A stretch of DNA of 62,835 nucleotides, the filler included, from Collodictyon triciliatum (Eukaryota): the NCBI GenBank assembly GCA_043381765.1. It is 6 parts of 6 records of this genome, joined end to end, with 100 filler letters (N's around TTAATTAATTAA, not from the genome) between each part and the next. Parts side by side here need not be neighbours in the genome. Positions count along the whole stretch, not along the records: positions 1 to 16,320 come from JBHJMP010001557.1; positions 16,421 to 32,706 come from JBHJMP010001560.1; positions 32,807 to 49,084 come from JBHJMP010001561.1; 3 more parts are not named here. One strand, written 5' to 3'. Positions 10,737 to 38,700 of the stretch are shown here, in pieces. A program made the translations under genes and the position numbers. How positions within the stretch are numbered: the first letter of the stretch is position 1; every line of letters starts with the position of its first letter. A model generated the notes under the pieces. The model was not told where the DNA came from. It ran no database searches and worked only from the letters and a program-made list of their open reading frames with translations.

Positions 10737-12029
10737 TTTTCTTTATTAAGTCTCTTCTACATTGAAGTATGAAACCCTAGAATTAATAGCCCCTTCGTGT
10801 TTTTAAATGAGATGTCATTGAATGTAAACCTGTTGATATGTCTTAACTCTCAGATACAGAATTTCCCAATACTCCTGCTCTGAATGACGAAGAAGTTTGC
10901 AATTTTTTCTATATTATGACCTGATTGACATAGAAAAATGTAATAAAGCCCTGTCGATATGAGAACGAAATATGAACGCCCTTTTTATACCCCATTCACT
11001 ACGAGCAGTCTTCAATGACGCCACACCGTCGTCGTATCTTCAAAGCCCACGCCAATGCTAGTCATCATTCGCTCACGTAACTTTCGTTCCCCTGAAAACT
11101 GGCCAAAATTGAGAGTTTTATTGATTGAACGACATGACAGCTCTTTTGATGATGTAAAACTCCGCTCATTGTGATTCGCTCAGGCGTGTGTCCTGCTCAT
11201 GCCACCAGCTTCATGCAGAAGATTCGAGAATCATAGCCAGCCGCCCCAAACGACGCCCTTGCGAAGCGCTGACTAGGCGACTGTCCGTATGTGGAATCCA
11301 ATTGTGGAAAGTAAAATTTTGTGATCACAGGAGAAGGCGGGCGGTATTTGCGCTTAGGGAAGCAGCACCACCAACCCACACGCAGCTTCTACTTTTTTTT
11401 CACATTATTCAGAAATTTACACAAAAGCCGCACAACAGTGTTTAGTTAATGTCCAATTACTTTTACTTATCTTGTGCGAGTTTGCACTAAAACAGGACCG
11501 ATATACGAAAAAACTAAAAAAAAAAAGGAAGAAAAAAAAAAGGAAGAAAAAAAAAGGGGTAATCGGATGTGAATTCATCGTGGAAATGTATCTTTAAAGA
11601 CGGGAAGCAATTTATTTTCTCGTGAGCATGAGCTATGAGTTGATTGAGGACTACACTAATAAGTATGTATAAAGATAATGTTGGCATTAATTCCAGAGAG
11701 AAGGGATGTCAAAAATATGTCATGGAGGATATTGAGTTTCATCTTCGTTGATGTTGAAGGTTATCATGCATAATGGAGAATCGTCGTTACAACGAAAACT
11801 ACACTTCGGTGTTAGTGCTTCAAAGAAAGGCCAACCGCCCTTGTTTTAATTTCTTTTCTCTTACTTTTGATTGTGGGCTTGTTTTGCGTGAGATTCCCTA
11901 GTTGACAGTAGTAAATGACATGAATTGATGTACTTTGATTCAGCTTCAAAGAGTTTGCTTCAATGCATTCTTAATATATTTTTCTTTCGAAAACTGTACC
12001 ACTCGAACGCTACCTGGGTGAGTATTTAT

Positions 12030-15000
12030 CTATCCTTTTGTAAAAATAAAGAATCTGTAATATTGGATGTCCTCCCATTTGTATTTTTTAATGTCGATGG
12101 ATTTCGCCCCGAGACCGATTACGTGGTTAATGACATCCTGAATACAAAAATCATAAAGGGGAACAAAAGGAGACGATTCAAAAGTTTAACCAAAATAAAA
12201 GGCTATGGGCATTCGATTTCTTTTGCTTGGATATCAAAGTTAATAAGAATAAGAATTAAAATAATAAATGAATTACACTATCCAAATGGCTATGAAGGCA
12301 TATACATAAATCTTGAGATTTTTTATCTTGATAAATCAAATCAAGCATCATCGAAAATAGCCCCTTCTATGTTCCGTGTATATTAAAACCACATTTATTT
12401 GTATGAGCGGTCTATATATTTCAAATAATTATGCCTGTGTAGATGAGAATGTGTGGTCTGAATAGACTTGTAAAAAGCTTTTTTTTTTGAAGCACATGGG
12501 ATATTATATAGTACAATGATTACCTTTCCATCCCTTTGCACATAGCTCTCATTCATCATGTAACACAGAATGGCAGAACAATCAAAAGACAAGCAATCGA
12601 GCAAGGCAACAGCTACACACTTGCCCATCCAGACCATCGCACAGCATTCAAAGTTGGGCGATTGTTCTAATATCACACTAACATGCACACTGCTCTTTGA
12701 TATTGAACTGTATTCTCCTGAATCATCCATATAAAAACCAAAGTTAATACCTTTCCATCCATAAGTTGATTTTCTTTGTGCTGCACAACTAGTGCACAAA
12801 TCATCAATCAAGCTATGAAGTATACTGAACCCGCTTGAGTCGTTTTTGAAAGAGTAAAATTGAAGAGGACTCATCGAAAATGGAGGAGGCGAATTGGCAT
12901 CGAAGTAGACCCTTTTGGTGGCGGGCTCTTGTCTCATCCAATCAGTGCTATCTCCAATATCATGGGATTCAGGGCGGTTTGGGTGGAAAGGGGTATTTGG
13001 AGTGTGAGGTGGCAGCACAGTTCCAGAGATTGTATCCGTGAAACCTTCAGGCAATTGCGGAAAGATTCCAGGAGTACTGGTCAAAGCGGGGCCTTCCTTT
13101 ATCAACGATGAGGGAGTGTAGTCTTGGGGATAATGAGATACCACAGGACACGAATCGTGCACTTTGTTTGCATCGGAATATGGTGTACTTGGTGCATCCT
13201 CTTCAAAGATCCCATCTTTTTGCTTCGATGAAGGGGTTGAATCGCGGTTGGATTTTACTTTCTTGAATGCCCGTTCGTTTGGATAGTATACTTTGGGGCT
13301 TGCATGAGGCAATCTCCATTTCTCAAGCATAGGAGACCCAGCCACGCCATCAGGTCTCCACCACCAGCGCGTGTCAAGTCCTTTCGTTTCATGAGAAACC
13401 ACTAGCGCTTTCTTGTACCCCTCGCTGACAAACTTTGCTTGCAACCATGTTCCGATGCAATAGCTTGAGTACTCGGACAGTATACTGGTGTTGAGTTTTG
13501 GATTGGTCTGGAACGGATGGCTAAGGGTCTCTGTGTGGGGCGATATGCTGGGTGAACTTGTAGCTCCATATAGAGAGGCACTTGCGGAATGTTGTGGACT
13601 TTGTGCTCTTTTGCAATTCGCTCGGGGAGCTTGAGAGTTTTAATTTTTTTAATAAATAAATAAATTCAATATGAGAATAAAAATGAAAGAAAATTAAATA
13701 CAAATGACTTGATAAATTGTAGAAATATATCAGGTATCCTATATTTCTATGTAAGTATACATGTATCATGGAATATTCAAAGTACGCCATCATATTATCG
13801 GAATATCTTAATGCACTAATTACACTTTTCTCCGGACTGACTCTTTAGATATTGCCTGATATGAGTCGCAAGGGCATCCCAATTTCCAATCTGGAATACA
13901 AACTGCTCCTCTGGGCAATGAATCTGGAGGTTGTGTATATCGTTTGGGCGTCCTTTTGATATCAACCAGGAACGAGAGACGCTAAGGATGCTATCTGTGG
14001 GGACGAGCCCAAACAGCTTTGGACTTGGGTCAGATTGAACAATAATGTCAATCACTCCATTTGTCCTGTCTTTATCGATTTGCTCTTGTCTGGTTGATGG
14101 GTCATAAATGGCTCTATTGAGCTCATCTGCATACAATTCATAACTTAGGAGCAAATCGACAATCGGTGAAGTTTACATGCAAACTCATTTTGCTACATCG
14201 TGGATGTTTCTCATGGAGGAATACATCTTCAATTGATAATGAAAATATGCCCAATAACATCACAATATGTATTATGGTCCACAAAGTGCATGAATTAATT
14301 ATATCTTACCTGTAAAGCTCACATACTTCTTCTCAGCCTTGGAATCTGCGGTATCCTCCATTTGTGGCTTGCTAGCTGCTTCGGGCTTGGGCTGTTGATC
14401 TAAGTCTGCAAAGGAAACTTCGTAAATGCTATCAGATTATTATGGAGAAGGGAGAAAAAGAAAAGAAAAAGGTAGATGGAACCACAGTCACGGTAATTTC
14501 ATTATAAATATGGTGCAAAATATTGATCTGGGGCAACCATTCAACTCAAATGAAAAATTTTTTTGAAAATCAAGATTAATTGACATAATACGAATGCTGC
14601 CATTGCAGTTCATTTTTTTGTTTTTTTGGTTAAATGCAAAATAAATTACCTGGTTGTGCGGCTGCATGGGAAGGAAACGTCTCTTCAGAAGAATACTCAT
14701 ATTAGAAAATAACCAAATTTATGGACACGATATTTGAGTGAAAAAATGTACTGTGTGGTAAACAATACTTCTATATTCATACATATGCTTATTTTGCCGA
14801 AGACAATTTACCTCAGAGGTAAAAAGGAAAAAAAAACTAAATAAAAAATACATCAAACATCTTGAAAAATAATTGTCTTTTAAGTTGATAATCCTTGAAT
14901 AAAAAGGTATTCTATGATACTAGTCTCAAAGATCATATCAGCTTTCATGTGGCTTTCATGTGGCTTTCATGTGGCTTTCATGTGGCTTTCATGTGGCTTT

Positions 15001-16067
15001 CATTTTGGCTTTCATGTGGCTTTCATTTTGGCTTTCATTTTGGCTTTCATTTTGGCTTTCATTTTGGCTTTCATTTTGGCTTTCATTTTGGCTTTCATTT
15101 GGCTTTCATTTGGCTTTCATTTGGCTTTCATTTGGCTTTCATTGGAAAATTACAAAAGGCCTGTGTTATCAACGGCTATCTTACCTGTATTCGTAATCAT
15201 TAATGTCGAGGGACTGAAAACTTGGTGACTTTGTACGCCTGTACAAACACTTGAATTTACTGCTATCCGTGTTTTTTAACACTGTTAGAAATTCAACCGA
15301 CTCGTATATGCAAGTTGAAAGGAAGAATAAAAAAAAAACGACTCGTATATGCGGATTATTGGTTTATTGAATGATTTTTAAGTATAATGCCGGTTGTGAG
15401 ATACAATAAAAACAATCGGTGATTGTATTTGTCGCAATATGTATGGAATAGTTAGCCTTTTCCACTCTAACCAAATGAAAACTTAAAATATGTCTTGTTT
15501 AGAGATAATATCACTAGAAAAGGGAAGAAGGAATAGTTAAAAAAAAACTTTATTGATCTAGTTTAATTTAAAAAAATATTTCATCTCTTGGAGATAAGAA
15601 CATGAAATTCATGTAATCAATATCCCAGTTTATACCACATAAAATTAACGTCTTAAGATAAGCATAGTCATTTAATTTGCAAAAAGTGATTTACAAATGA
15701 ATGACATTAAAAATTGTGAAGTGGGTCTGGAAAAACAAATTTAGGCATATTTCGCGGCGGGAATATCGTGGATATAACCAGGTCTGACTCTCATTTTTTT
15801 CAGGCGGTCAATCTTTTGATCGACAAAAGAAGAATCGGACAAATTAAATATACTACAAAATGAAGAATAGTACGACAGATATATACACACCAAAGAGACA
15901 AGAAAAATCAATTCACCTGTGCGAAGTGGTGTGAAAATGCCAAGCTCTAGTAAGGACGGAAGAACTAGTGACTGAGGATTCGGACTTTGGAGTCGGCTTT
16001 GCCCTTGGTGTGGGCCTTGACTCTGGGTTTGATCTTGGCTTCGCTTCTGACTATCCCCATTGTTCAT
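12030..16067 (-). CDS. Hypothetical multi-exon protein, family not recognised
   Basis: ATG 16067 (MNNGDSQKRS...) followed by a GT donor. Spliced exons lie near 15240-15185, 14700-14650, 14410-14310, 14150-13825 and ~13630-12524 (long exon). Last exon 12138-12030 ends in TAG. Confidence 0.55.
14941..15142. repeat. Minisatellite of 11-12 bp units (GGCTTTCATGT / GGCTTTCATTTT / GGCTTTCATTT)
   Basis: About 18 tandem units, with the unit variant changing progressively along the array; intronic. Confidence 0.95.
15298..15352 (+). mobile_element. 27-nt poly(A)-tailed retro-insertion with a 14-bp target-site duplication
   Basis: CGACTCGTATATGC at 15298-15311 and 15339-15352 flanks AAGTTGAAAGGAAGAAT(A)10. 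Confidence 0.75.
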
Positions 16068-16607
16068 CTAGCTTTGCTTTCGGCCCTTTTTGTTTGGCTC
16101 AGTTTCCCAATGTCCTTATGTTGCTGATGACGGCGATGGCTACAGTTTGTAGTTATGATACAAAATTGAAAACGAGACAGCAGCACATAATATATGGTCA
16201 CTTTCTGTTATGTGCGATCTATTTGCCTTTACAGTCGCTTGGGTGGATGATGGCTTTTTTTTTTCACTTTTTTATTTATTTTTTTTTTTACTTTTGCTGT
16301 TTTTTTTTTTTTTCTTTTTTNNNNNNNNNNNNNNNNNNNNNNNNNNNNNNNNNNNNNNNNNNNNTTAATTAATTAANNNNNNNNNNNNNNNNNNNNNNNN
16401 NNNNNNNNNNNNNNNNNNNNTATGCATACTTATGAGAGTAATCATGTATTTATTTCATAATTATAAAAATTGCTGACAGTATCGGCAATATTGTGTTTGA
16501 ATTGATTCATGACGAGAATTTTTTATTTTTAATTATATGTAATTAAATTTTGAGCCAACACACCCCCCCCCCCCCCCCCCCCCCCATTTTTTTTATCACC
16601 AAACCAG

Positions 16608-30859
<14,252 letters not shown>

Positions 30860-31319
30860 TCGCAACCACGCAACATTCCCACTTTGTCTCTTTTCCGAAG
30901 CCTCTCCTATTTTTCTTTTCTTTTCTTTTCTTTTCCGCCTCCCTCACGCAAACACCCACGCTCGCACTACGCTATTCCACCGCTTGTCATTCTCTTTGCC
31001 AGGCCGCTTTTTCTATTCGCACACACGATTGCAGCAGCAGCGATAAACTAAACAAGACCCAAAAAAGAAATAAGTAGAAAGTAGAAAAGGAGCGGAAAAG
31101 AGAAAAAAGAAAAAAAGAGCGAAGAAAGCAGAACGAGGTGGGTAGCTAGGTGTTGAGACAGAGAGCGAAAAGGTTTTCACACACACACACGCACGCATTT
31201 TTTTTTTATTTTTTCTCTTTCGCACACACACACGCACGCACTCACTTTCTCCCACTCTCGTCCTCAATAGTTGCTTTTCGCGGGGGGCAAGGAGATGGCC
31301 TTTTGATCCTGCTCGCTGA

Positions 31320-31613
31320 TCATTTCTTGGGCGGATCGGCCTCCACGTTTGCCTGGTTGGCCTGCAGCGCCTGCTCGGCCGCCTGCTTCTCGATCTTCTT
31401 TCGCTCGTAGTAGGACTCGATGGACATCCCAAGACCCAGTCCGCCAGCGACTCCGACAACGCAGACCGCAATCATCTGCCACGGCCGAATCGGCGGCACA
31501 AAGTAATGGCTTGGAAGTTCGTGGGAAACAGGTTCGTCGGCGATGAATCTCTGTCCGCTGCCACACAGCCCGCTCTTGCTTCGCAGGTTTCTTGTCCACA
31601 GTACGCGGAGCAT
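31320..31613 (-). CDS. Small (97 aa) single-exon putative mitochondrial membrane protein
   Basis: Arg/Ser-rich N-terminus with no acidic residues (MLRVLWTRNLRSKSG...), one hydrophobic helix (MIAVCVVGVAGGLGLGMSI) and a charged helical tail. GC content is coding-like. Confidence 0.6.
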   Translation of the reverse strand: MLRVLWTRNLRSKSGLCGSGQRFIADEPVSHELPSHYFVPPIRPWQMIAVCVVGVAGGLGLGMSIESYYERKKIEKQAAEQALQANQANVEADPPKK

Positions 31614-32550
31614 CTGAGTCGCCTGGGTCTCTTGTAGTGGCTCAGTGAGAAGCCTGCACAGAAGCTATGGAGTTATTACTTCTTTTTTTTTTTCGGGGAA
31701 AGAGCGAAGGGAGAATGCTTCAACAAAAATAGACCAAAACATATATATAAAAAAAAAATTGGGAAAAATGCACTGCACAAAACAGATAAATTAAGAAAAA
31801 GTAAATAAAAGCTAACAGCTAACCACCTCCAATATCCTGCACAAAATTGAAAGGAAGAATAAAAAAATAATAATCGGTAAGTGAAGTATGAATCAGTTTG
31901 CCTTTCCGCGAGGCTGGTTTGTTGATTGGCAATGCAGGTCGACCTGTTGCGGACAACCGCAGAGAATGCATGCGAGATGCGCCATAACTTTTCTACATAT
32001 CAGACAGCATTGCGAGAGCCATTTGCATCTTTGCGTTGCTCCTTCGAGAAGGACTTGCAGTGATTTATTGTTGCTTGGCTTCGCTGCTCCAAGCCTGTCA
32101 GACAACTCCTCCAACCTCTGCCCTGCCGTGTGTCATTTCTTGTCTGTTTGGCTGCCTCATTTGCATTTCCTACTCATAGATGGTTTCGGCTTGTTGTATG
32201 GAAGAAACAATAAAATTTGCTGCAAAAGGTTAGTTCTACAAAGATGGTTCCAGTGACAGATTTCGTGGCATTGCGCAGATGTTTCATTGTGTGCCAGTTT
32301 GCAAGGCGAATTCCACTTGCCGAGTTTCCTCTCGATTCCCCACGTGGAATGCTTGGCGTTGTCACAAAGAATAACGGAAAGCGAACGAGCCATGCGACGA
32401 TTGCGGCGATGGCCGTAGCGATCGCAATGAGTATGTGATTATCTCACTGCCCTGTCCGCTGGGGGATTCTTTTCTGGCAAGACTACACCACGAGACGGCA
32501 CACATATTCTCCTGCATTTTTCGTTGTCTTTTCTTTCTGTATTCTCATAC

Positions 32551-32922
<372 letters not shown>

Positions 32923-33005
32923 CGTTCTTCTGAAAACCCCCAATTATATGTGATGTATTTAACTATGTTTTGTTATAAATATAATAACTCAATTTTATGC
33001 TTTAG

Positions 33006-35290
33006 TATTTATCGAAGCCCATCCCACAAAATCCAAAATATGCCGACATCCAACCTGTTATCAGTGCGTCCTCATTTCTTTTGCATCTGCATTTACAAGA
33101 TATAACCAAAGGAAGATTGTATTCACTCATATACTTTGGTCGCATGTATTCTCACCATCTTGAGTATTATGCAGACTCTGGGCCAAATCTAAAGAAGGTT
33201 CTTGACCAGCCTCGTGCTATGTGTAATGATGAATCCATACCATGAAAATAAAATAATATCAATACAATCTTTAAAAAGGATGATCGTTGAATTTGAAACA
33301 ATTGATATCACTCATTATTACTATCTGATTGATATTTTTTATTTTATTTATTGTTTCCTGCATAATCATACACATGCTTGCTCAAAATGAAATGATCAAA
33401 CTAGTCGCCCGCTTCAAGAAAGAAAATGAAATATTTCAGCGAGTGAAACCGACCGAGCTCGCAACTGACATCGAGATGGTCCTCAATCAAGGCGGTGAAA
33501 TGCAACAAAAGCTAATCAGCCCTGCATCTTCATCGAATGGGGTAGATTTTCTTGTATGTATCAAATATATTTATATACCAATCCTTTCACTTTTAAGAGC
33601 TGAAAATTACGGAAGAGCCCGTCCATCAAAATGTTAGAAACAACAGGACTAGTGTTACATATGTTTATGTAATGTTTGCCGCCCTTCCTCCTTCTTTTTT
33701 TTCTTATTTGGAGTTTTATCACCTTGTTTCATCCAATAAATTTGTTGTAACATTAAAAACCATATATTGATTCAATTTGTTAAAGAATCGCTATTCATCC
33801 AAACATTTTATCTTATGAAACATCTTGAAACCGATATCAAAGCAGAGTTCTTCAAACGAATGCGAAAAAGGCCGCCACGGCATATTAAACCCAGAACCAG
33901 CACGCGGTGGGCGAACCATGCTCGATGTAGATGACAGCAGCATGTATCTTTTGTTAGATCTCCGTGATCCGGATCAATACGAGGCATGTCACATCGAGTC
34001 GGGTAACACTCATTTCTCTTCTATATCTTGCAGCGTCATTCCCATTCCTGCTGATTTGGAAATTTCATGTCGTTTTCATACCTGCGCTTACTTATCATTA
34101 CTTGTAACCACACAGCAATATCTTATCCAGCAAGAATGTTATCCAGAGCAATCAATTGCTTTACTCCAGAGATGTATCGCTATGTAATTATCATCTACAC
34201 CATTCAACCCATTTACAATTATTATTATGTCAAAGTTCTCTTTGAATCGAATAAAAGGAAGAAAATGGTCAAGTTCTCTTTAACTCTTAATTTTGTACTT
34301 TTCTAAAGCTATTACATCGGCGACATGTTCTCAACCCATACAAACTAACTTTGTGTTGGTACCCATGCAGAGAAATCGAGAGGGAAAGATAGTGATTTGC
34401 TACGATGATGATGAAAAAATAGGGACTAATGCGTGCACCATCATATTTCAGCGCGGCTTTGATAACGTCGCCTTACTAAGCGGAGGTGTTTATGACCCAA
34501 TCTGATTAACAAATTGCAAACATGCAATCTATTAACGCGGATGAAATATGTCGATTCTTTCTAAATGCTTCATTTCACAATTTTTCTTATTTGCGTATTA
34601 CTGGATTTATAAGCAAAAAAGAAAAGAAAAAGAAGGAATCAATCGATTGTATTCAGCTTATCCAATGTCAAATGTGTTTATTTCTTATTTAAAGTAATCC
34701 GCAAACAAATGAAAATTTTCACCTACAGTTCATTCACCATAATAACGGATATTAAAACACAGGTCTTCAGTACTTTGCTGAGCGCTTTCCGCATTTAATC
34801 CTTGGCGTGCCTCCTCTTCCCCTATCCGCTAGAATGTCCAAAGCAAAGTCCAATTCTCGTCCCTCATCACCAAGTCTCACTTCGAGTGGTCCCTCCTCTA
34901 TTGCTTCTGATTGGTCCAGTCTGAGGTCGAGCGCATCATTTTCGTCCGGTGGGTCGCTATCATCTTCTTTTTCATCCAATCAAAGGCCAATGTCGGCTTC
35001 GAAACGTCGTTCATCTCCGTTTTCGGTTATCCGTCCACCATCCCCATCCCGGGTTGTAACTCCATCTCGTAAGTTTTCAATTGGGAATAAGTAATCTGTT
35101 TTATAACTTCTTTTCTAGTTATGCCCCGAGAATGGCTTTGCTCAAAAATTTTAACATTCTCGGTTTATCTCTCTCTCTTTCTCTCTCCTAACCATCTCGT
35201 GTAATTAACTTATCGTTTCTCCCATTTTTTCTCTTTTCATGTGGCGCAGGGAGGAAACAAAGTTCTGAACTCGGTCGTCCGTGGAAGTGA
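33006..35290 (+). CDS. CEP41: Centrosomal protein of 41 kDa (rhodanese-like domain), first exon not located
   Basis: Spliced: YLSKPIPQNPKYADIQ, YLLLDLRDPDQYEACHIESAISYPARMLSR, NREGKIVICYDDDEKIG...RGFDNVALLSGGLQYFAERFP and a Ser-rich tail. A GTAAGT donor at 35069 gives C-terminal GRPWK*, matching the CEP41 PWK end. Confidence 0.92.
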
Positions 35291-35797
35291 AGGATACTGG
35301 CAGCCTCTCCAATTCAATTTTGTCACATACCTTATTTACATCCAAAAGATATATGCTTTCTTTTTCTCTCTCTCTTCCCTTAACTTGGTTTCGGGTTCCT
35401 GAAGCTTCGATTGAATAAAATATGACGAGAGCTTTATTGTCCCAAGGCTAAAACATATATAAGCAACGTAAGAAAATGGGTTCTCATGAAATTCGCTTTA
35501 AAAAATCCTATAGTCTATTTCATTTTACGTTTTCTGACTCCTCTCTATTATTCTTTCCTTTACCATAAAACACCGAATAATCACATGTATAACGCAATGC
35601 CTTCATCCATTTCACCGATTTCCTACACTCCAAAATGCTCAGCCAATTCAATAAACATAGACAATGGATATACCGTCGTGTTTATTACAGCATTTTCTTC
35701 CTTTTTTATTCTCAATATTTTGATAGGTAATTTTATTTCTGTTTTGTGGGTTCATATTTTCAGAGGGTCGGTCACTTCTTTTTAAGCAATCAGTACT

Positions 35798-38700
35798 CTA
35801 GGATTTTGACACTTTTTCCTTGAGCACACTGATAAGAAGGTCAGAGTATTTCTCAAGAATATTGCTCACATCCACAGGTCCGATGGAAGTTGCGATGGAG
35901 GCCGAGCTCTGTGCCACACTCGATGTGGTTTCCCACGGAGCGAAGGCCTGCATCATATCCAAATCAGACGACTACTTTCAACTCTTATATTCTAACCAAA
36001 TGCTAAACGTTCTGGTTCTAAGGTTACACTTGAAAGAAAAAATCAACTAAAACAGATTTTGGACTAGAATAAAAGAACAATAAAAAAAAATGATAAAAAC
36101 ACACGATATAATACAAACTATTGAATCAAGTTTCTTGGATGCAATTTTGTTGAAAAAAGGATGTGAATAGTACCCTGTGTATCTGATTGGAGCCAAGTTC
36201 GTTTGTCAGTGCAGAATTGACTGATTGAGAAGTAGCACTCGTTTCTGGTGTGTTTAGCTTTTCATGCAGTTGGCTCTATTTGAAACGAATCTCTCGTCAA
36301 ACACGCAAATAATTAACTTGTCATAACCGCAAGCATGCCATATGGGCCTGAACATGAGACACAATCATTATATAGTTACCTGCATGTCAACAAGTGCGGA
36401 GCGATAGCAGGACAATAATTGTGAGGCCTGGTCTTTACTTAAGGGCGACTTGGATTCCCTTCGACGATTCGAATCATGCAGCTGAGTGATTTCCATAAAT
36501 TGAGCCAAAATCCTCGAGAATGATTCCTGGAAGGTTTCAAGGTCTTCCATGTACCTGGAGAAATTTGAATCTTCATCCATACCACCTTGAAAATATCAAG
36601 AAAAGAATTAATAGAAAATCAACGAAATCAGAAGCCTCCTAATTTTGGAAAGAATTATGTAAATAAAAGCCGGTTTATTACAAACAAATATACTATAGGT
36701 AAAACAAACAAACCAAATCAAAAAAAAATGAAGCTGTTGTTGATAAATTACCTATATTTCTCTCTGCTCGAAGTGGAGACTTGGATATCAAGGGCGAAGT
36801 GAGTTTAACTGTTTCCGCAGCAGAATCCATGAACATTGATTGCGATGCTTGTGATTGAGGGGCTTCAGATAAAGAGTCTGGTTCGTCATGTGCTGATACA
36901 GTTTCATCGGGGATATCTTCATTCTGTTCCTCATTTTCATCACCGCCTCTATCATTCCCACTCTGATTATTTTCTTTGGTCTCCAAAGTAGACTCCGTCT
37001 CTAAATACAGCTTTTTCGAAAAAACTTGACCCTCGGTGGCTTTGTCTGAATGTGCAAGATGGAATTGATACTTTGACACAGGAGGTGGTGTTTGGATTGA
37101 CAATAACTCATCTGTCAATAATTCATTGGTTGGGTCTTTTCTGTCTGTTTTGCGTGTCACTCGCGTTTCGTCTTGCTCAGATAAAGCAATTTCGGACTCT
37201 GGAGCAAGACTGCTTTTCGGTGATTTAGATGAAGCGGATATGGGAACAGTGTTTTCTTGTTCGGGATTCGATTCTTTCTGCGGCTTTGTTAGCGGAGATT
37301 CTAAGTAACGTCTTGTGATACTGCGTCTCAGAGAATCGGTTCCTTTGTTTTGTTTCATGGGACTTTGGAAAAGAAAGGCACTGACATCAATGCGGGATGG
37401 AGGATGGTATTCAGGTGCGAATTCAGATTGGTTATCAGTGTGCTGTGATATCGTGCTTTCATCCACATTGGAATCCCATTCCTTCTGTTTGCGTGCTTTT
37501 AGAGATTCGTCTGGTTCATCTATTGAATCGATGTATAGTGTTTCGGGATTCTCTTGGGAGTCGTCCTCCGAAGCGTTTTCGGATTTGCTTGGTAGCCTTT
37601 CATTTCTGGTGTCAGTTTCCTCGTTGTCTGAGTTCTCTTTAGAATCCAACATTTCTAAAGTATTTGTAAAGACAAATTGAATCGAGAGGATACAAAACAA
37701 AATAAAAAACCCTTAAATATGACCTAAAAGATCAATAGTCAATCGAGAGCGTGAAAAGAAACCTTGATGCTCGAGTTCAGATTCCTCTACAAGCGGTCTT
37801 TGAATCAGCTGCGAAATCAGCGGTTTACCGTCCTCAGTCAGTCTCTATTATTTATTATTTTAATTAATTCTTCAATAAAGAAAATTTCACGAAAAAACCA
37901 CTGCGGTAATTATAGTGAAATAACCCCTCAAAGCCTAACAATACCTCAGCCCATTTGCCTCGCGCAGAAGGCATGCGACTTTCATCTGACTGTGGCGTCC
38001 TTTCTGCTCGAGCCCAAGTCGGAAGGCCACTATCTGACAGACTGAACCCAGGAGTTTTTGAGGAAGCGGGAACCATCGATGACTTTGAGTTTGGCTGGAC
38101 ATTCGACTACGTACATGTATGATTTCAGCACAAAGTAAAAGAGAAAAGTCATAAGAAACTTGATTAAGATACAGCTATTTTTTTTCCTAATGTCAAATTT
38201 TGTGCTCCATAAACATACATCACTCTGTTGATTTTGGATTGAATTTAATTTCTCAATTTCCAATTTACGTTCTTGACTCTGTCTTTTGGTATCAGTAATC
38301 GGCGAGCGACTGCTTTCTTGAACAGCAGATATGTTTTTTGGACTGCTTTTCTTAGGCTTTGCTTTACCCATTTCACCAAGTCGATTCTGGAATTAAAAAT
38401 GGAATTAAAGAAGGAATATTCTTGTGATTTCCTGTTCATATCATACCATTGCGATTTTTTTCGAAAATTAATGACCATGAAAAGAAAAAAAGGAAAACAA
38501 AGAAAGAAAACTGATTATTTTTAAAGGAAAGAAATACCTTCATCTGCCCAACAAGTTCCGGTGACAGCCTCCACACAAATATGCACCCATCACCAGACAC
38601 ACTTACTAAACGTTTGCAATCTGACGTAAAGGTAATACCGGTGATTAGTTCGGAATGTCCATGCGCTTTTCCGACACATTGTCCGCTGTAAAAGTCGAAT

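Noticed and set aside
14941-15142. Regular repeat array as a possible CRISPR
   Set aside because: Head-to-tail 11-12 bp units without unique spacers, in a eukaryotic intron: a minisatellite.
16365-16376. TTAATTAATTAA palindrome inside N runs (also ~32751, 49129, 55542, 61205)
   Set aside because: Identical, centred in fixed-length gaps and a stop in all six frames: an assembly linker, not biology.
32189-32235. TGTTGTATG.AAG...AAGGTTAG resembling U6atac snRNA
   Set aside because: The essential GGAGA box and the spacing are absent; chance similarity.
35091-35162. Possible 28-nt intron plus an extra exon near the CEP41 end
   Set aside because: A perfect GTAAGT donor at 35069 gives the conserved PWK end more simply.
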